Part shown: positions 8,758-18,340 of the stretch, in pieces
Numbering within the stretch: the first letter of the stretch is position 1
Layout of the letters: every line of letters begins with the position of its first letter
NCBI GenBank assembly: GCA_031459915.1
Contig: JAVKHO010000005.1
Location: forward strand, 64,806-128,805
From: Candidatus Tepidifontimicrobium thermophilum
Lineage (GTDB): Bacteria; Sysuimicrobiota; Sysuimicrobiia; Sysuimicrobiales; Sysuimicrobiaceae
Length of the DNA stretch: 64,000 nt
Direction of reading: 5' to 3'
Position numbers and translations under genes: made by a program
The notes under the pieces: model-generated
Told to the model about the DNA's origin: nothing
What the model saw: only the letters and a program-made list of their open reading frames with translations
Database searches by the model: none

Positions 8758-10956
8758 ATGGCGGAGTTCCACGCAGGCGGCGAGGGCCGCACGGACGCTT
8801 GGGTCAAGCTGTACGGGCAGGCGGTGTACGCGGGGGACGTGCGCGTGCCCGGGATGCTGTACGGGGCCCTGGTCCGCAGCCCATACCCCCACGCGCGGAT
8901 CCTCCGGATCCGGACGGAAGCCGCGCGGTCGCTGCCGGGCGTCCACGCGGTCCTCACCGGTGAGGACGTCCGGTACGGCACGTACGGGCGCCGGGTGCGG
9001 GACATGCCGGTCCTGGCGCGCCAGGTGGTGCGTTTTGCGGGCGAGCGGGTGGCCGCGGTGGCCGCGGAGAGCTCGGAGCTGGCTCGGGAGGCCGCGGCGC
9101 TGGTGGAGGTGGACTACGAGCCCCTGCCCGCGGTGTTCGACCCGGAGGAGGCCCTGCGGCCCGGGGCACCGCGGGTGCACGAGGCCCCTTGGACCTACCC
9201 GGGCGCGGTGACCGGACCCGAGGACCCGCCGAACCTGCAGTCCCGCCGGGTGTGGCAGCACGGGGAGGAGGTCGAGGCGGTCCTGGCGCGCTGCCGGTAC
9301 GTGTTCGACGAGACGTACTTCGTCCCCGCGGCCCACCAGGGCTACCTGGAGCCCCACGGCTGCTTGGCGTGGTGGAAGCCGGACGGGTCGGTGGAGGTGT
9401 GGGCGTCCAACAAGAGCCCGCACCGGCTGCGGGCACAGCTCAGCGCCTGTCTGGGGCTGCCTCCGGATCGCATCCGGGTCATGCCCCTCTACGTCGGGGG
9501 CGACTTCGGCGGGAAGGGGTCTCCCATGGACGTGCCGGTGTGCGTGGCGCTGTCGGAGGCCACGGGGCGGCCCGTGAAACTGGTCCTGGACTACGAGGAG
9601 GACCTCTCCTGCACCAACCCCCGCCACGCATCCAAGGTCCGGGTAAGGCTGGGGGTCGACGGGGAAGGCCGCCTGCGGGCACTGGACGTGCGGGCGGTGG
9701 CGAACGGCGGCGCGTACGCGGCCTTCAAGCCTGCAGAGCACGTGAACCTGAACGGCTTCGGAGAAGCGGGCAACACGTACCGGATCCCCTCCGTGCGCAT
9801 CGAGAGCCTGATCGCGTACACGAACACGGTTCCCCGGGGCCACATGCGATCCCCGGGCTCCCTGGAGGCCAACTTCGCCGTGGAGTCCACCGTGGACGCG
9901 GCGGCGCGGGCTTTGGGCATAGACCCCCTCGAGTTCCGTTTGCGCAACGTCCTGCGGACAGGCGACCTGGGGACCCTGGGGGAACCGTGGGTGGAAGCTC
10001 GCGGCGAAGAGGTGGCCCAGGCCGCGGCGGCCGCCCTGCGGGAGTCCGAGCCGCAGGCACCGGTGGGGCGGGACGGCGGCAGGTGGGCCCGGGGCGTGGG
10101 TTTTGCGTTCTACTGTCGCGCTGCACACGGCGGCACCACGGAGGTCGCGCTGCTGCCGCAGCCCGACGGCTCCCTGGTGGTGCGGGTCCCCTTCCCGGAC
10201 CAGGGAGGCGGGCAGCACACGGTGGTCCGAAACGTGGTGCAGAGGGAGCTGGGCCTGCCCGCAGGGTTTGTGCGGGTGGAGCAGGCGGACACCAGCCAGC
10301 TGGCCACCGACTCGGGCGTGGGGGGGAGCCGCGTGAGCCTGACCGCCAGCGCCGCCGCGGCCTCCGCCTGTGCGGAGCTGCGGCGGCGCCTGGAGGAAGA
10401 GGGACTCGCGCAGCTGCCGGTGCAGGCCGCGCTGGCGGAGCTGGCCCGCCGCTGGCCGCAGGAGGTGGTGCGGGCGTCTGTGTCCGTAGACGAGGAGTTG
10501 TGGGTCAACTCGGTGTGCGTGCAGGCCGCGCGCGTGGCCGTGGACCGGGACACCGGCCAGGTCCGGGTGGAGGAGCTGGTCACCGCCCTGGACGTGGCCG
10601 AGGTGTTGAACCCCGCATCCCACCGTGCGCAGGTGGAGGGCGGGGTGGTGATGGGACTGGGATCCGCCCTGCTGGAGGAGCTGGTCCTGGAGGACGGACG
10701 GGTGGTGTCCACCAACCTGCACGACTACCGGCTTCCCTCCGTAGCAGACCTACCGCGCCTGCGGGTCGTGCTGGTGCCGGGCGGCAAGGGCTGGGGGCCG
10801 CACGGGGTGAAGCCCGTGGGCGAGCTCACCAACGTAGCGGTGGCGGCCGCCGTGGCCAACGGGGTCGCCGACGCGGTAGGCGTCCGGGTCCGGCGGCTAC
10901 CCATCTCTGCGGAGGAGGTCTACCAGTTGATGCACCCGCGGGAGGGCAAGGCGTGA
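8758..10956 (+). CDS. Xanthine dehydrogenase/aldehyde oxidoreductase family molybdopterin subunit
   Basis: VRSPYPHARI, GGDFGGKG, GHMRSPG, QVEGGVVMGLG and KPVGE motifs. Confidence 0.9.
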   Translation: MAEFHAGGEGRTDAWVKLYGQAVYAGDVRVPGMLYGALVRSPYPHARILRIRTEAARSLPGVHAVLTGEDVRYGTYGRRVRDMPVLARQVVRFAGERVAAVAAESSELAREAAALVEVDYEPLPAVFDPEEALRPGAPRVHEAPWTYPGAVTGPEDPPNLQSRRVWQHGEEVEAVLARCRYVFDETYFVPAAHQGYLEPHGCLAWWKPDGSVEVWASNKSPHRLRAQLSACLGLPPDRIRVMPLYVGGDFGGKGSPMDVPVCVALSEATGRPVKLVLDYEEDLSCTNPRHASKVRVRLGVDGEGRLRALDVRAVANGGAYAAFKPAEHVNLNGFGEAGNTYRIPSVRIESLIAYTNTVPRGHMRSPGSLEANFAVESTVDAAARALGIDPLEFRLRNVLRTGDLGTLGEPWVEARGEEVAQAAAAALRESEPQAPVGRDGGRWARGVGFAFYCRAAHGGTTEVALLPQPDGSLVVRVPFPDQGGGQHTVVRNVVQRELGLPAGFVRVEQADTSQLATDSGVGGSRVSLTASAAAASACAELRRRLEEEGLAQLPVQAALAELARRWPQEVVRASVSVDEELWVNSVCVQAARVAVDRDTGQVRVEELVTALDVAEVLNPASHRAQVEGGVVMGLGSALLEELVLEDGRVVSTNLHDYRLPSVADLPRLRVVLVPGGKGWGPHGVKPVGELTNVAVAAAVANGVADAVGVRVRRLPISAEEVYQLMHPREGKA

Positions 10957-11483
10957 CGGGAGCCGTGGTGGAGCTGTGGGTGAACGGGGAGCCCGTCCGG
11001 GCTGCCGCAGACGGAGCGGAGTTCCTCGCGGAGTTCTTGAGGGAGCGCCTGGGCCTGGGGGGCACCAAGCTGGGGTGCGGCATTGGGGTGTGTGGGCTGT
11101 GCACGGTGTGGATGGACGGCCGGCTGGTGAGCAGCTGTCTGGTGCCCGTGGCGGTGGCCGCGGGCCGGCAGGTGTGGACGGTGGAAGGCCTGGTGGCCCT
11201 GGCGGAAGGGCGCGTGCACAACCCGCCCCCCGGGCTTCCCCGGCCGGAGCTGGTGCGCGCGGTGCACAGGGCCTTCGTACAGTGCGAGGGGCTGCAGTGC
11301 GGCATCTGTACCGCGGGGCAGGTGTGGGCGGTGTGCGCGCTGCTGTCGGAGGAACCGGTCCCGCCGGAGGGACGGGTGCGGGAGTTCCTGGCGGGTAACC
11401 TGTGCCGGTGTACGGGGTACCAGGGGATCCTGCGAGCCGTACAGCAGGCCTCGGAGGAGTGGGCGCAGCGTGCGGCCCCTTGA
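10953..11483 (+). CDS. (2Fe-2S)-binding small subunit (CoxS/XdhC-like)
   Basis: TKLGCGIGVCGLCTV...SSCL, LQCGICTAG and GNLCRCTGY; GTG overlaps the upstream TGA. Confidence 0.92.
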   Translation: MTGAVVELWVNGEPVRAAADGAEFLAEFLRERLGLGGTKLGCGIGVCGLCTVWMDGRLVSSCLVPVAVAAGRQVWTVEGLVALAEGRVHNPPPGLPRPELVRAVHRAFVQCEGLQCGICTAGQVWAVCALLSEEPVPPEGRVREFLAGNLCRCTGYQGILRAVQQASEEWAQRAAP

Positions 11484-12333
11484 GTACCTGACGCCCCACA
11501 GCCTTGCGGAGGCCCTGGAGCGGCTGGCGGGCTCGGACCCGTCGGAGACGGTGGTGTGGGGCGGCGGGACGGCTCTGGGACCGCTGCTGCGGCGGGGCCT
11601 GGTGCGCCCGAGGGTGCTGCTGGGGCTGGAAAGGGTGGCGGGCCTGCAGGACCTTTCCCTGGCCGAGGACGGGTTGAGGGTGGGTGCCCTGGTCCGCCTG
11701 GCCGACCTGAGCCGGTCACCGGTGGTGCGGGGCTCCCTTCCGCTCCTCGCGGAGGCGGCAGGGCGGGTGGGCAACGTCCGGGTGCGCAACGCGGCCACCC
11801 TGGGAGGGCACCTGGCCCACGCGGACCCCGCGCAGGACCTTCCTCCTGTCCTGCTGGCCCTGGACGCGCAGGTGCGGCTGGAAAGCGTGCGCGGCACGCG
11901 GACGCTGCCGCTGGAGAGGTTCCTCGTGGGGCCCCTGCAGACCGCGCGGGCTGACGACGAGCTGCTGACGGAGGTGTGGGTGCCTGCCGCGGCGTTCGGC
12001 CGACGCACAGCCTACGTGCGCTTCACGCCCCGGAGTTCCCAGGACTACCCCACCGTGGGCGTGGCGGCCAGCCTGCGGGTGGACGCAGACGGGGTGTGCC
12101 GGGAGGCGCGGGTGGCGGTGGGCGGGGCGGCGCCCACCGCGTTGCGGGTGCCCGCGGCGGAGGCGGCCCTGGTGGGTGGGCGGCTCACCCGGGAGCGCTG
12201 TCGGGACGCGGCGGCCCAGGTGGAGTCCGCGGTGGACCCCTGGGACGACACGAGGGGCAGCGCCCGGTACAAGCGGGCGATGGCGCGGGTGTGGACGGAG
12301 CGGGTGCTGGAGGACCTGGCTTCTGAGGCGTGA
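11470..12333 (+). CDS. FAD-binding medium subunit (CoxM-like)
   Basis: WGGGTAL, VRNAATLGGHLAHADPAQD and DDTRGSARYKRAMA. Confidence 0.9.
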   Translation: MRPLEYLTPHSLAEALERLAGSDPSETVVWGGGTALGPLLRRGLVRPRVLLGLERVAGLQDLSLAEDGLRVGALVRLADLSRSPVVRGSLPLLAEAAGRVGNVRVRNAATLGGHLAHADPAQDLPPVLLALDAQVRLESVRGTRTLPLERFLVGPLQTARADDELLTEVWVPAAAFGRRTAYVRFTPRSSQDYPTVGVAASLRVDADGVCREARVAVGGAAPTALRVPAAEAALVGGRLTRERCRDAAAQVESAVDPWDDTRGSARYKRAMARVWTERVLEDLASEA

Positions 12334-12351
12334 CCGAGAGGAGGTGCAGTC

Positions 12352-13359
12352 ATGTGGAGGGGAGCTGGGAAGCTGCTCCTGGTGACGGCGCTGGTACTGG
12401 CTGCGGCCACCGCGTTACCCGCACAGGCGGACCTAGTGGCTGCGGCCAAGCGGGAAGGGCGGCTCGTGCTGTACGGGTCCCTCACCACCCTGGACGTGGT
12501 GAACAAGATCTTCGAAAGCCGCTACGGGATCCCCGTGGACTACTGGCGGGCGGCCAGCACCCGGGTCCTGGACCGGGTCCTGAACGAGACCCGGGCGGGC
12601 CGTCCGCAGTTCGACGTGGTGCAGACCAACAGCAGCCCCATGATGGTGCTGCGGGAGGCCGGCGCGTTCGCGCGGTACCCCTCGCCCTCGTACGAGATGT
12701 TCGGGAAGTCCACGCGGGACCCGCAGGCCCTGGTGTCCCCGCAGTTCCTGGTGATCCCCATCGGGATCGTGTACAACACGCGGCTGGTGCGGCCTGAGGA
12801 GGCGCCCCGGGGACTGCTGGACCTGCTGGAGCCGAAGTGGAAGGGCAAGGTGGTGATGGCGGACCCGACCCTGCACACCACCACCGCGCAGTGGCTGATG
12901 GAGCTCCGGTCGGTGCTGGGCGCGCAGTGGCGGCCGTTCCTAGAGCAGCTGGCGGGGCAGGTGGGTGCGTACGTGGAGTCCTTCATCCCCGTGGCGGACC
13001 GGCTGGTGCGGGGGGAGTTCCCCGTGGGCCTGACGTACATCCGCTACGTGTACCAGTTCGGGAAGGAAGGCGCGCCCCTGGACTACGTGCGGCTGCCCGT
13101 GTTCCTGGCCGACGGCCACCGGATCGCGCTCGGAGCCCGCGCCTCGCGGCCCAACGCGGGCAAGCTGTACATCGAGACCCTGCTGTCCCGAGCGGGCCTG
13201 CTGGCGCTGGCACAGGACGGGGACTTCGTCTCCCTACCGGGCGTGTACCCGCCGCTGCGGGACGCGGAGAAGCTGCGCATCGTGGCCATGCGGGACTACG
13301 ACGAGGCAGGGCTCACGCGGGCTAGGGAGGAGTTGGGGCGGATCTTCCGAAGGCGGTAG
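12352..13359 (+). CDS. ABC transporter extracellular solute-binding protein (AfuA/FbpA-like cluster)
   Basis: Signal peptide, AAKREGRLVLYGS and YNTRLV...DLLEPKWKGK. Confidence 0.8.
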   Translation: MWRGAGKLLLVTALVLAAATALPAQADLVAAAKREGRLVLYGSLTTLDVVNKIFESRYGIPVDYWRAASTRVLDRVLNETRAGRPQFDVVQTNSSPMMVLREAGAFARYPSPSYEMFGKSTRDPQALVSPQFLVIPIGIVYNTRLVRPEEAPRGLLDLLEPKWKGKVVMADPTLHTTTAQWLMELRSVLGAQWRPFLEQLAGQVGAYVESFIPVADRLVRGEFPVGLTYIRYVYQFGKEGAPLDYVRLPVFLADGHRIALGARASRPNAGKLYIETLLSRAGLLALAQDGDFVSLPGVYPPLRDAEKLRIVAMRDYDEAGLTRAREELGRIFRRR

Positions 13360-13397
13360 GGGACCCACGGTCAGGAACTTCGGGGGAGGTGAAACGG

Positions 13398-14591
13398 ATG
13401 CGGAAGTGGGGATGGATCGCACCAGGAGGGCTGCTGCTGGCCATAGCCGTGGGTGTGGTGCCCGCGGCCCCCGCGGGGCCGCTGCGGGTGGCGTTCCTGG
13501 GACCTCTCAGCGGGCCCTTTGCCTTCTGGGGGACCAACGCCCGGGATGGGATGCGCATGGCCGTGGAGGAGCTGAACGCGGCGGGAGGGGTGCTGGGACG
13601 GCCGGTGGAGCTGGTGGAGCGGGACGACCGCAACAACCCCGCGGAAGCCATCAGCCTCTTCCGGTCCCTGGCGGAACGGGAAGGGATCGTGGCCGCGGCC
13701 GGGACCATCAGCAGCGACATCGGGACCGCCCTGGCCCGGGAAGCGGATCAGCTGCAGGTCCCCGTGTTCCTGGTCCGGGCGGGGGCCCACACGATCCTGA
13801 GGAAGACCAGCCGCTACACCTTCCGGACCTGCCTGGTGGCGTCGCCCATGTACGTGCAGGCGTCCGCGGCGCTCATGCAGTACGCCAAGTACACGCGGGT
13901 GGGGGCCATCATCGCCGACTACGCGTGGGGCCGCTCCTACATGCAGTGGCTGGACCGCTTCGTCCGGTCGGTGCCGGGCATGCAGATCCAGATCGAGGTG
14001 GCCCCCGTGGCCACCTCCGACTTCACCCCGTACCTCCGGCGGCTGCAGGGCTTCAACCCGCAGTTCCTGGACATCGGGGGCCACCCGCCCGGGATTCCGG
14101 TGATCGTCCGGCAGGCGGCGGAGCTGGGGTTCCGCCAGCAGATGTTCGGTGCCCACAACCCACCCGAGTGGATCGTCCAGCGGGCCGGGGAGGCCCTGTT
14201 CGGACGGTACGTGGACTACACCTGTGCAGACTTCACCCACCCCACCTTCCGCCGGCTGGCGGAGCGGTTCTTCGGCACCTACCGGCGCTACTTCGACGAC
14301 AACGCCTTTGCGGGGTACGCGGTGGTCAAGATGGTGGCGGAGGCCGCCCAGAAGGCGGGCTCTCCGGATGCCCGTCGGATCGCGGACGTCATCCGGCGCG
14401 GTCGGTTCGTGCAGCCCGGCTACGGCTGGCCGCTCTCCTTCACCGAGTGGGGCGAGATGAAGGAGGCGCGGCCTATCCTGTTCACCCTTCAGCGGGGAGA
14501 GTTCCCCGGAGGCGTTTGCCCGGGCTGCGGGTGGGTGCAGAAGTTCGAGTTCCGGGTGCCCCGGCTGGAGCCGTACGTTCCGGAGGAGTGA
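13398..14591 (+). CDS. LivK-type (branched-chain amino acid/aromatic acid) ABC substrate-binding protein
   Basis: Signal peptide, PLSGPFAFWG...AVEELNAAGGVLGRPVELVERDD; SD GGAGGTG before ATG 13398. Confidence 0.85.
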   Translation: MRKWGWIAPGGLLLAIAVGVVPAAPAGPLRVAFLGPLSGPFAFWGTNARDGMRMAVEELNAAGGVLGRPVELVERDDRNNPAEAISLFRSLAEREGIVAAAGTISSDIGTALAREADQLQVPVFLVRAGAHTILRKTSRYTFRTCLVASPMYVQASAALMQYAKYTRVGAIIADYAWGRSYMQWLDRFVRSVPGMQIQIEVAPVATSDFTPYLRRLQGFNPQFLDIGGHPPGIPVIVRQAAELGFRQQMFGAHNPPEWIVQRAGEALFGRYVDYTCADFTHPTFRRLAERFFGTYRRYFDDNAFAGYAVVKMVAEAAQKAGSPDARRIADVIRRGRFVQPGYGWPLSFTEWGEMKEARPILFTLQRGEFPGGVCPGCGWVQKFEFRVPRLEPYVPEE

Positions 14592-14601
14592 GGACGGGAG
14601 C

Positions 14602-15390
14602 CTACTGGGCGGAGGCCGACCGCCGGCGCTGCAGCTCCTCGTAGGCGGTGTAGCCCAGCCGGCTGGACACCTCCCGGCAGGCCGCCACGATGGCCCGGCG
14701 CAGCTCGTCCTTCTGCCGGTGGAAGCGGTACGCGGGCACCGACAGGCTCATGGCGGCCACCACCTCGCCTCGGTGGTCGCGGATAGGGGCCGCCACGCAG
14801 CACAGCTCCAGGACCGCTTCCTCGATGTCGAGGGCGTAGCCGCGCAGCCGGACCTGCTCCAGCTCGGCCCGCAGCTGCCGGAGGTCGGTGATGGTGTTGG
14901 GCGTGAGGGCGGGCAGGCCCGTGCGGCTGAGCAACGCCTCCACCTGCGTCCACGGACGCGCCGCCAGCAGCACCTTGCCCACCGCGCTGCAGTGGGCGGG
15001 CAGTTCCACGCCCACGCCCGTCACGGACACCTGGACGGCGCGGGTGCCCTGGAGTTTGTCCACGTACAGCACCCGGTCACCCTCCATGGTGGCCAGGTGC
15101 ACCGTCTCCCCGAACCGCGAGACCAGCTCTTCCATCACGGGCCGGGCCTCCACCCGGTACTGGGTGGTGGCCAGGAGGGTGCTGGACAGGGCCAGGATGC
15201 GCCAGCCCAGGCGGTACCGGCGGTCCGCGGTGCGCCGCAACAACCCGATCTCGCACATGGTGCACAGGAGGGCGTGGGCGGTGGACTTGGGGATTCCCAG
15301 GAGCGAGGCCACCTCGCTGACGCTGCGTTCGGGATGGTCCATCCCGAACAGCTCCAGCACCTGCCCCACCCGCTGGACCGTGCTGAGCAT
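14602..15390 (-). CDS. IclR family transcriptional regulator
   Basis: HTH SVSEVASLLGIPKSTAHALL, plus LPAHCSAVGKVLLA and VRLRGYALDIEE. Confidence 0.92.
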   Translation of the reverse strand: MLSTVQRVGQVLELFGMDHPERSVSEVASLLGIPKSTAHALLCTMCEIGLLRRTADRRYRLGWRILALSSTLLATTQYRVEARPVMEELVSRFGETVHLATMEGDRVLYVDKLQGTRAVQVSVTGVGVELPAHCSAVGKVLLAARPWTQVEALLSRTGLPALTPNTITDLRQLRAELEQVRLRGYALDIEEAVLELCCVAAPIRDHRGEVVAAMSLSVPAYRFHRQKDELRRAIVAACREVSSRLGYTAYEELQRRRSASAQ

Positions 15391-15434
15391 CCCACCGCAT
15401 TTTAGGCGCCCGTGCCGCGGGGTGAAAGGGGGAT

Positions 15435-15472
15435 GTTCTGGTATCGTGAACAAAAGTTCCGGATACCAGAAC
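15435..15472. promoter_or_regulatory. Tandem IclR-type operators (2 x GTTC-N9-GAAC)
   Basis: GTTCtggtatcgtGAAC aaaa GTTCcggataccaGAAC; the outer 11 bp form a perfect inverted repeat. Lies between the divergent iclR and ABC operon. Confidence 0.7.
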
Positions 15473-15563
15473 CTGACCCTTGCCTGCACGGGCACGGCGC
15501 CGGATTCTAGTACCGGTCCACCCGGGGGACCGCGTGGATGTCGGCGGTGTCAGGGGGTGAGGT

Positions 15564-16760
15564 ATGGTCCGCACGGCGGTGTTGCTTGGGTTGGCGGTGG
15601 TAGCGTTTGCCTCGGGAAGCGGGGCAGCGCCCGCGGGGGTCGTGCGGCTAGGGGCCGTGATCCCCCTCACCGGGCGGTTCGCCTCCGGGGGAGCCCAGGT
15701 CCGGGCCGGCTACGAGATGGCGGTGGAGGACCTGAACGCCCGAGGCGGGGTCCGGGTGGGCGGCCAGCAGCTCAGGCTGGAGCTGGTGGTGGTGGACGAC
15801 GAGTCTGACCCTACCAAGACCGTGAGCCGCATGGAGGCCCTGGCCCAGCAGGACGTCGCGGTGTACCTGGGCGGGTTCGGCAGTGACCTGCACGCCGCCG
15901 CGGCAGCGGTGGCCGAGAAGAACCGTACCCCCTACTGTGGGGTAGCCTTCGCCCTGTGGGGGATCCACCAGCGGGGCTACAAGTACCTGTTCTCGCCGTT
16001 CCCGAAGTCGCCGGAGATGGCCATCGAGACGTACCGCATGCTGAACGGATACCTCCTCCAGGACCAGCGGCCGCGGCGGGTGGCCATTTTCGCGGAGCGC
16101 ACCGACTGGGGCCGGGAGATCTCGAACCTGTGGTCCGTGCGGTCCACGGAGTTCGGCTACCAGGTGGTGTTCCGCGGCGAGTACACGGTGGGGACGCGAG
16201 ACCTGAGCGACCTGATCCTTCGCGCGAAAGCGGCGGGCGCGGAGCTCGTACTCGGCGTTCCCACCCCTCCGGACGGGATCACCCTGGTGCGCCAGATGAA
16301 GGAGCTGGACTTCAACCCCAAGGCGCTCCTGCTCATCCGGGCTCCGGACGCCCCCGCGTGGAGCCAGAGCCTGGGCCGGGACGGCGACTACACCTTGCTC
16401 ATGCCGGGTTGGCACCCGGGAGTGAAGTTCCCCGGGGCCGCGGACCTCAACCGCAAGCACCAGGAGCGGTTCGGCCGGCCCGCGGACGTCCTGGTGGGCC
16501 CCGCGTACGCGTGCGTGCAGGTGGCGGCGGACGCCGTCCAGCGGGCGGGCAGCCTCGATCGCGAGCGGATCCGTGAGGCCATGGCGTCCACCAGCCTGCG
16601 GAGCACTGTGGTGGGACCGGTGCGCTTCCGGCCCGACGGCACCAGCCCGGTGACCACGGTGGTGGTGCAGTGGCAGGCAGGCCGGCAGGAGCTGGTGTGG
16701 CCGAGGGAGTTCGCCACGCGGCCGCTGGCGTACCCGGCCGCGCCCTGGCGTAACCGGTGA
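15564..16760 (+). CDS. LivK-type ABC substrate-binding protein
   Basis: Signal peptide, LGAVIPLTGRFASGG and VDDESDPTKTV. Confidence 0.88.
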   Translation: MVRTAVLLGLAVVAFASGSGAAPAGVVRLGAVIPLTGRFASGGAQVRAGYEMAVEDLNARGGVRVGGQQLRLELVVVDDESDPTKTVSRMEALAQQDVAVYLGGFGSDLHAAAAAVAEKNRTPYCGVAFALWGIHQRGYKYLFSPFPKSPEMAIETYRMLNGYLLQDQRPRRVAIFAERTDWGREISNLWSVRSTEFGYQVVFRGEYTVGTRDLSDLILRAKAAGAELVLGVPTPPDGITLVRQMKELDFNPKALLLIRAPDAPAWSQSLGRDGDYTLLMPGWHPGVKFPGAADLNRKHQERFGRPADVLVGPAYACVQVAADAVQRAGSLDRERIREAMASTSLRSTVVGPVRFRPDGTSPVTTVVVQWQAGRQELVWPREFATRPLAYPAAPWRNR

Positions 16761-16900
16761 GGCGCGGGGAGCACGGGGCCTCATGGAAGAGGAGAGCGGT
16801 GTCAGGGTACGCGACGGCACCCGCTTCGGGCGCCGCTGACGGAGAGAGGACTGTCTTCGGGCCCGCCTCTCGCCCCGCGTCCGAGCCGCACGGGGGAACG

Positions 16901-17626
16901 GTGTTGCTGCAGGTCCGGGGGCTGTGCAAGCGGTTCGGCGGCGTCCAGGCGGTGCGGGACCTGGACCTGGACGTGGGGGAACGGGAGATCTTCGGTCTGC
17001 TCGGCCCCAACGGCTCGGGGAAGACCACGGTGTTCAACCTCGTGGCGGGCGTGCTCCCCGCGGACGCGGGCGAGATCCGCTTTCGGGGGGTGCTCCTGAA
17101 CGCCCTGCCGCCGCACCGACGGGCGGCGCTGGGAGTCGCCCGCACCTTCCAGCTGGTGCGGAGCCTGGCCCGGATGACGGTGACGGACAACGTGGCCGTG
17201 GGGCGCCTGTACGGTACGTCCCCCGCGCGGTCCGTGGACGGCGCCCGGCGGGAGGCCGCGCAGCTGCTGGACCTGGTGGGGCTGGCAGACAAGGCAGGGC
17301 TGCCCGCGGGCAGCCTCAACCTCGCAGAGCGGCGCCGCCTGGAGGTGGCGCGGGCCCTCGCCACCCGACCCCGCCTCCTGCTGCTGGACGAGCCCTTCGC
17401 CGGCCTGAACGCGGACGAGGTGGAGGCGGAGGTGCGTCTGTTCCACCGGCTGCGGGAGGAGGGACTCACCCTGATCCTGGTGGAGCACAACGTGCCCGCG
17501 GTGCGCGCTCTGTGCGACCGCGTGGCGTTCCTCAACTCGGGCGAGAAGATCGCGGAGGGCCGGCCCGACGACGTCCTCTCCCACCCTCGGGTGGTGGAGG
17601 TGTACCTGGGGAGGCCGGGCGGGTGA
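16901..17626 (+). CDS. LivG-type ABC ATP-binding protein
   Basis: GPNGSGKTT, LLLDEP and LILVEHN; start chosen at GTG 16901. Confidence 0.88.
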   Translation: MLLQVRGLCKRFGGVQAVRDLDLDVGEREIFGLLGPNGSGKTTVFNLVAGVLPADAGEIRFRGVLLNALPPHRRAALGVARTFQLVRSLARMTVTDNVAVGRLYGTSPARSVDGARREAAQLLDLVGLADKAGLPAGSLNLAERRRLEVARALATRPRLLLLDEPFAGLNADEVEAEVRLFHRLREEGLTLILVEHNVPAVRALCDRVAFLNSGEKIAEGRPDDVLSHPRVVEVYLGRPGG

Positions 17627-18339
17627 GCGTGCCGGTCCTGGAACTCCGCGGCGTGGAGGCCGCCTACGGCGACGCGCAGGTCCTGTGGGGGGTGGACTGG
17701 CGGGTCCAGCCCGGCGAGGTGGTGGCGGTGGTGGGGCCCAACGGCGCCGGTAAGAGCACCACCCTGCGGGTGGTGGCGGGGCTACTGCGGCCCCTGAGGG
17801 GAGAGGTGTGGTTCGACGGCACGCGCATCGACGGGCTTCCGGCGGACGCGGTGGTGGAGCGCGGTGTGGCCCTGGTGCCGGAAGGCCGGCGGCTGTTCGC
17901 GCACATGACGGTGTTGGAGAACCTGCTGCTGGGCGGCTACGCCACGCGGGCCAGACCCCTGCGCCGGCGGACGCTCGAGGAGGTCTTCCATCTGTTCCCC
18001 GTGCTGGGGGAGCGGTCCGGGCAGCTGGCGGGCACCCTGTCGGGAGGCCAGCAGCAGATGCTGGCCATCGCCCGGGCCCTCATGAGCCGTCCCCGGCTGC
18101 TCCTGCTGGACGAGCCCTCCTTAGGTTTGGCACCTGTGGTGGTCCAGCAAGTGTACGGGGTGGTCGCGCGCATCGCCCGCGAGGGGGTCACCGTGGTGGC
18201 GGTGGAGCAGAACGTGTACCCCGCACTGCAGCACGCCGCGCGGGGCTACCTGATGGCCCACGGCCGGGTGGTGGCGGAAGGGCCGGCGGAGACGTTGCTG
18301 CGCACGGCGTTGGTGCAGCGGTCGTACGTGGGGGGCTAG
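17623..18339 (+). CDS. LivF-type ABC ATP-binding protein
   Basis: GPNGAGKST, LSGGQQQMLAIAR and LDEPSLGLAP. Confidence 0.9.
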   Translation: MSVPVLELRGVEAAYGDAQVLWGVDWRVQPGEVVAVVGPNGAGKSTTLRVVAGLLRPLRGEVWFDGTRIDGLPADAVVERGVALVPEGRRLFAHMTVLENLLLGGYATRARPLRRRTLEEVFHLFPVLGERSGQLAGTLSGGQQQMLAIARALMSRPRLLLLDEPSLGLAPVVVQQVYGVVARIAREGVTVVAVEQNVYPALQHAARGYLMAHGRVVAEGPAETLLRTALVQRSYVGG

Positions 18340-18340
18340 G

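Noticed and set aside
8758..12333. Aerobic CO dehydrogenase (coxLMS)
   Set aside because: Lacks the AYxCSFR active-site loop and the cox accessory genes.
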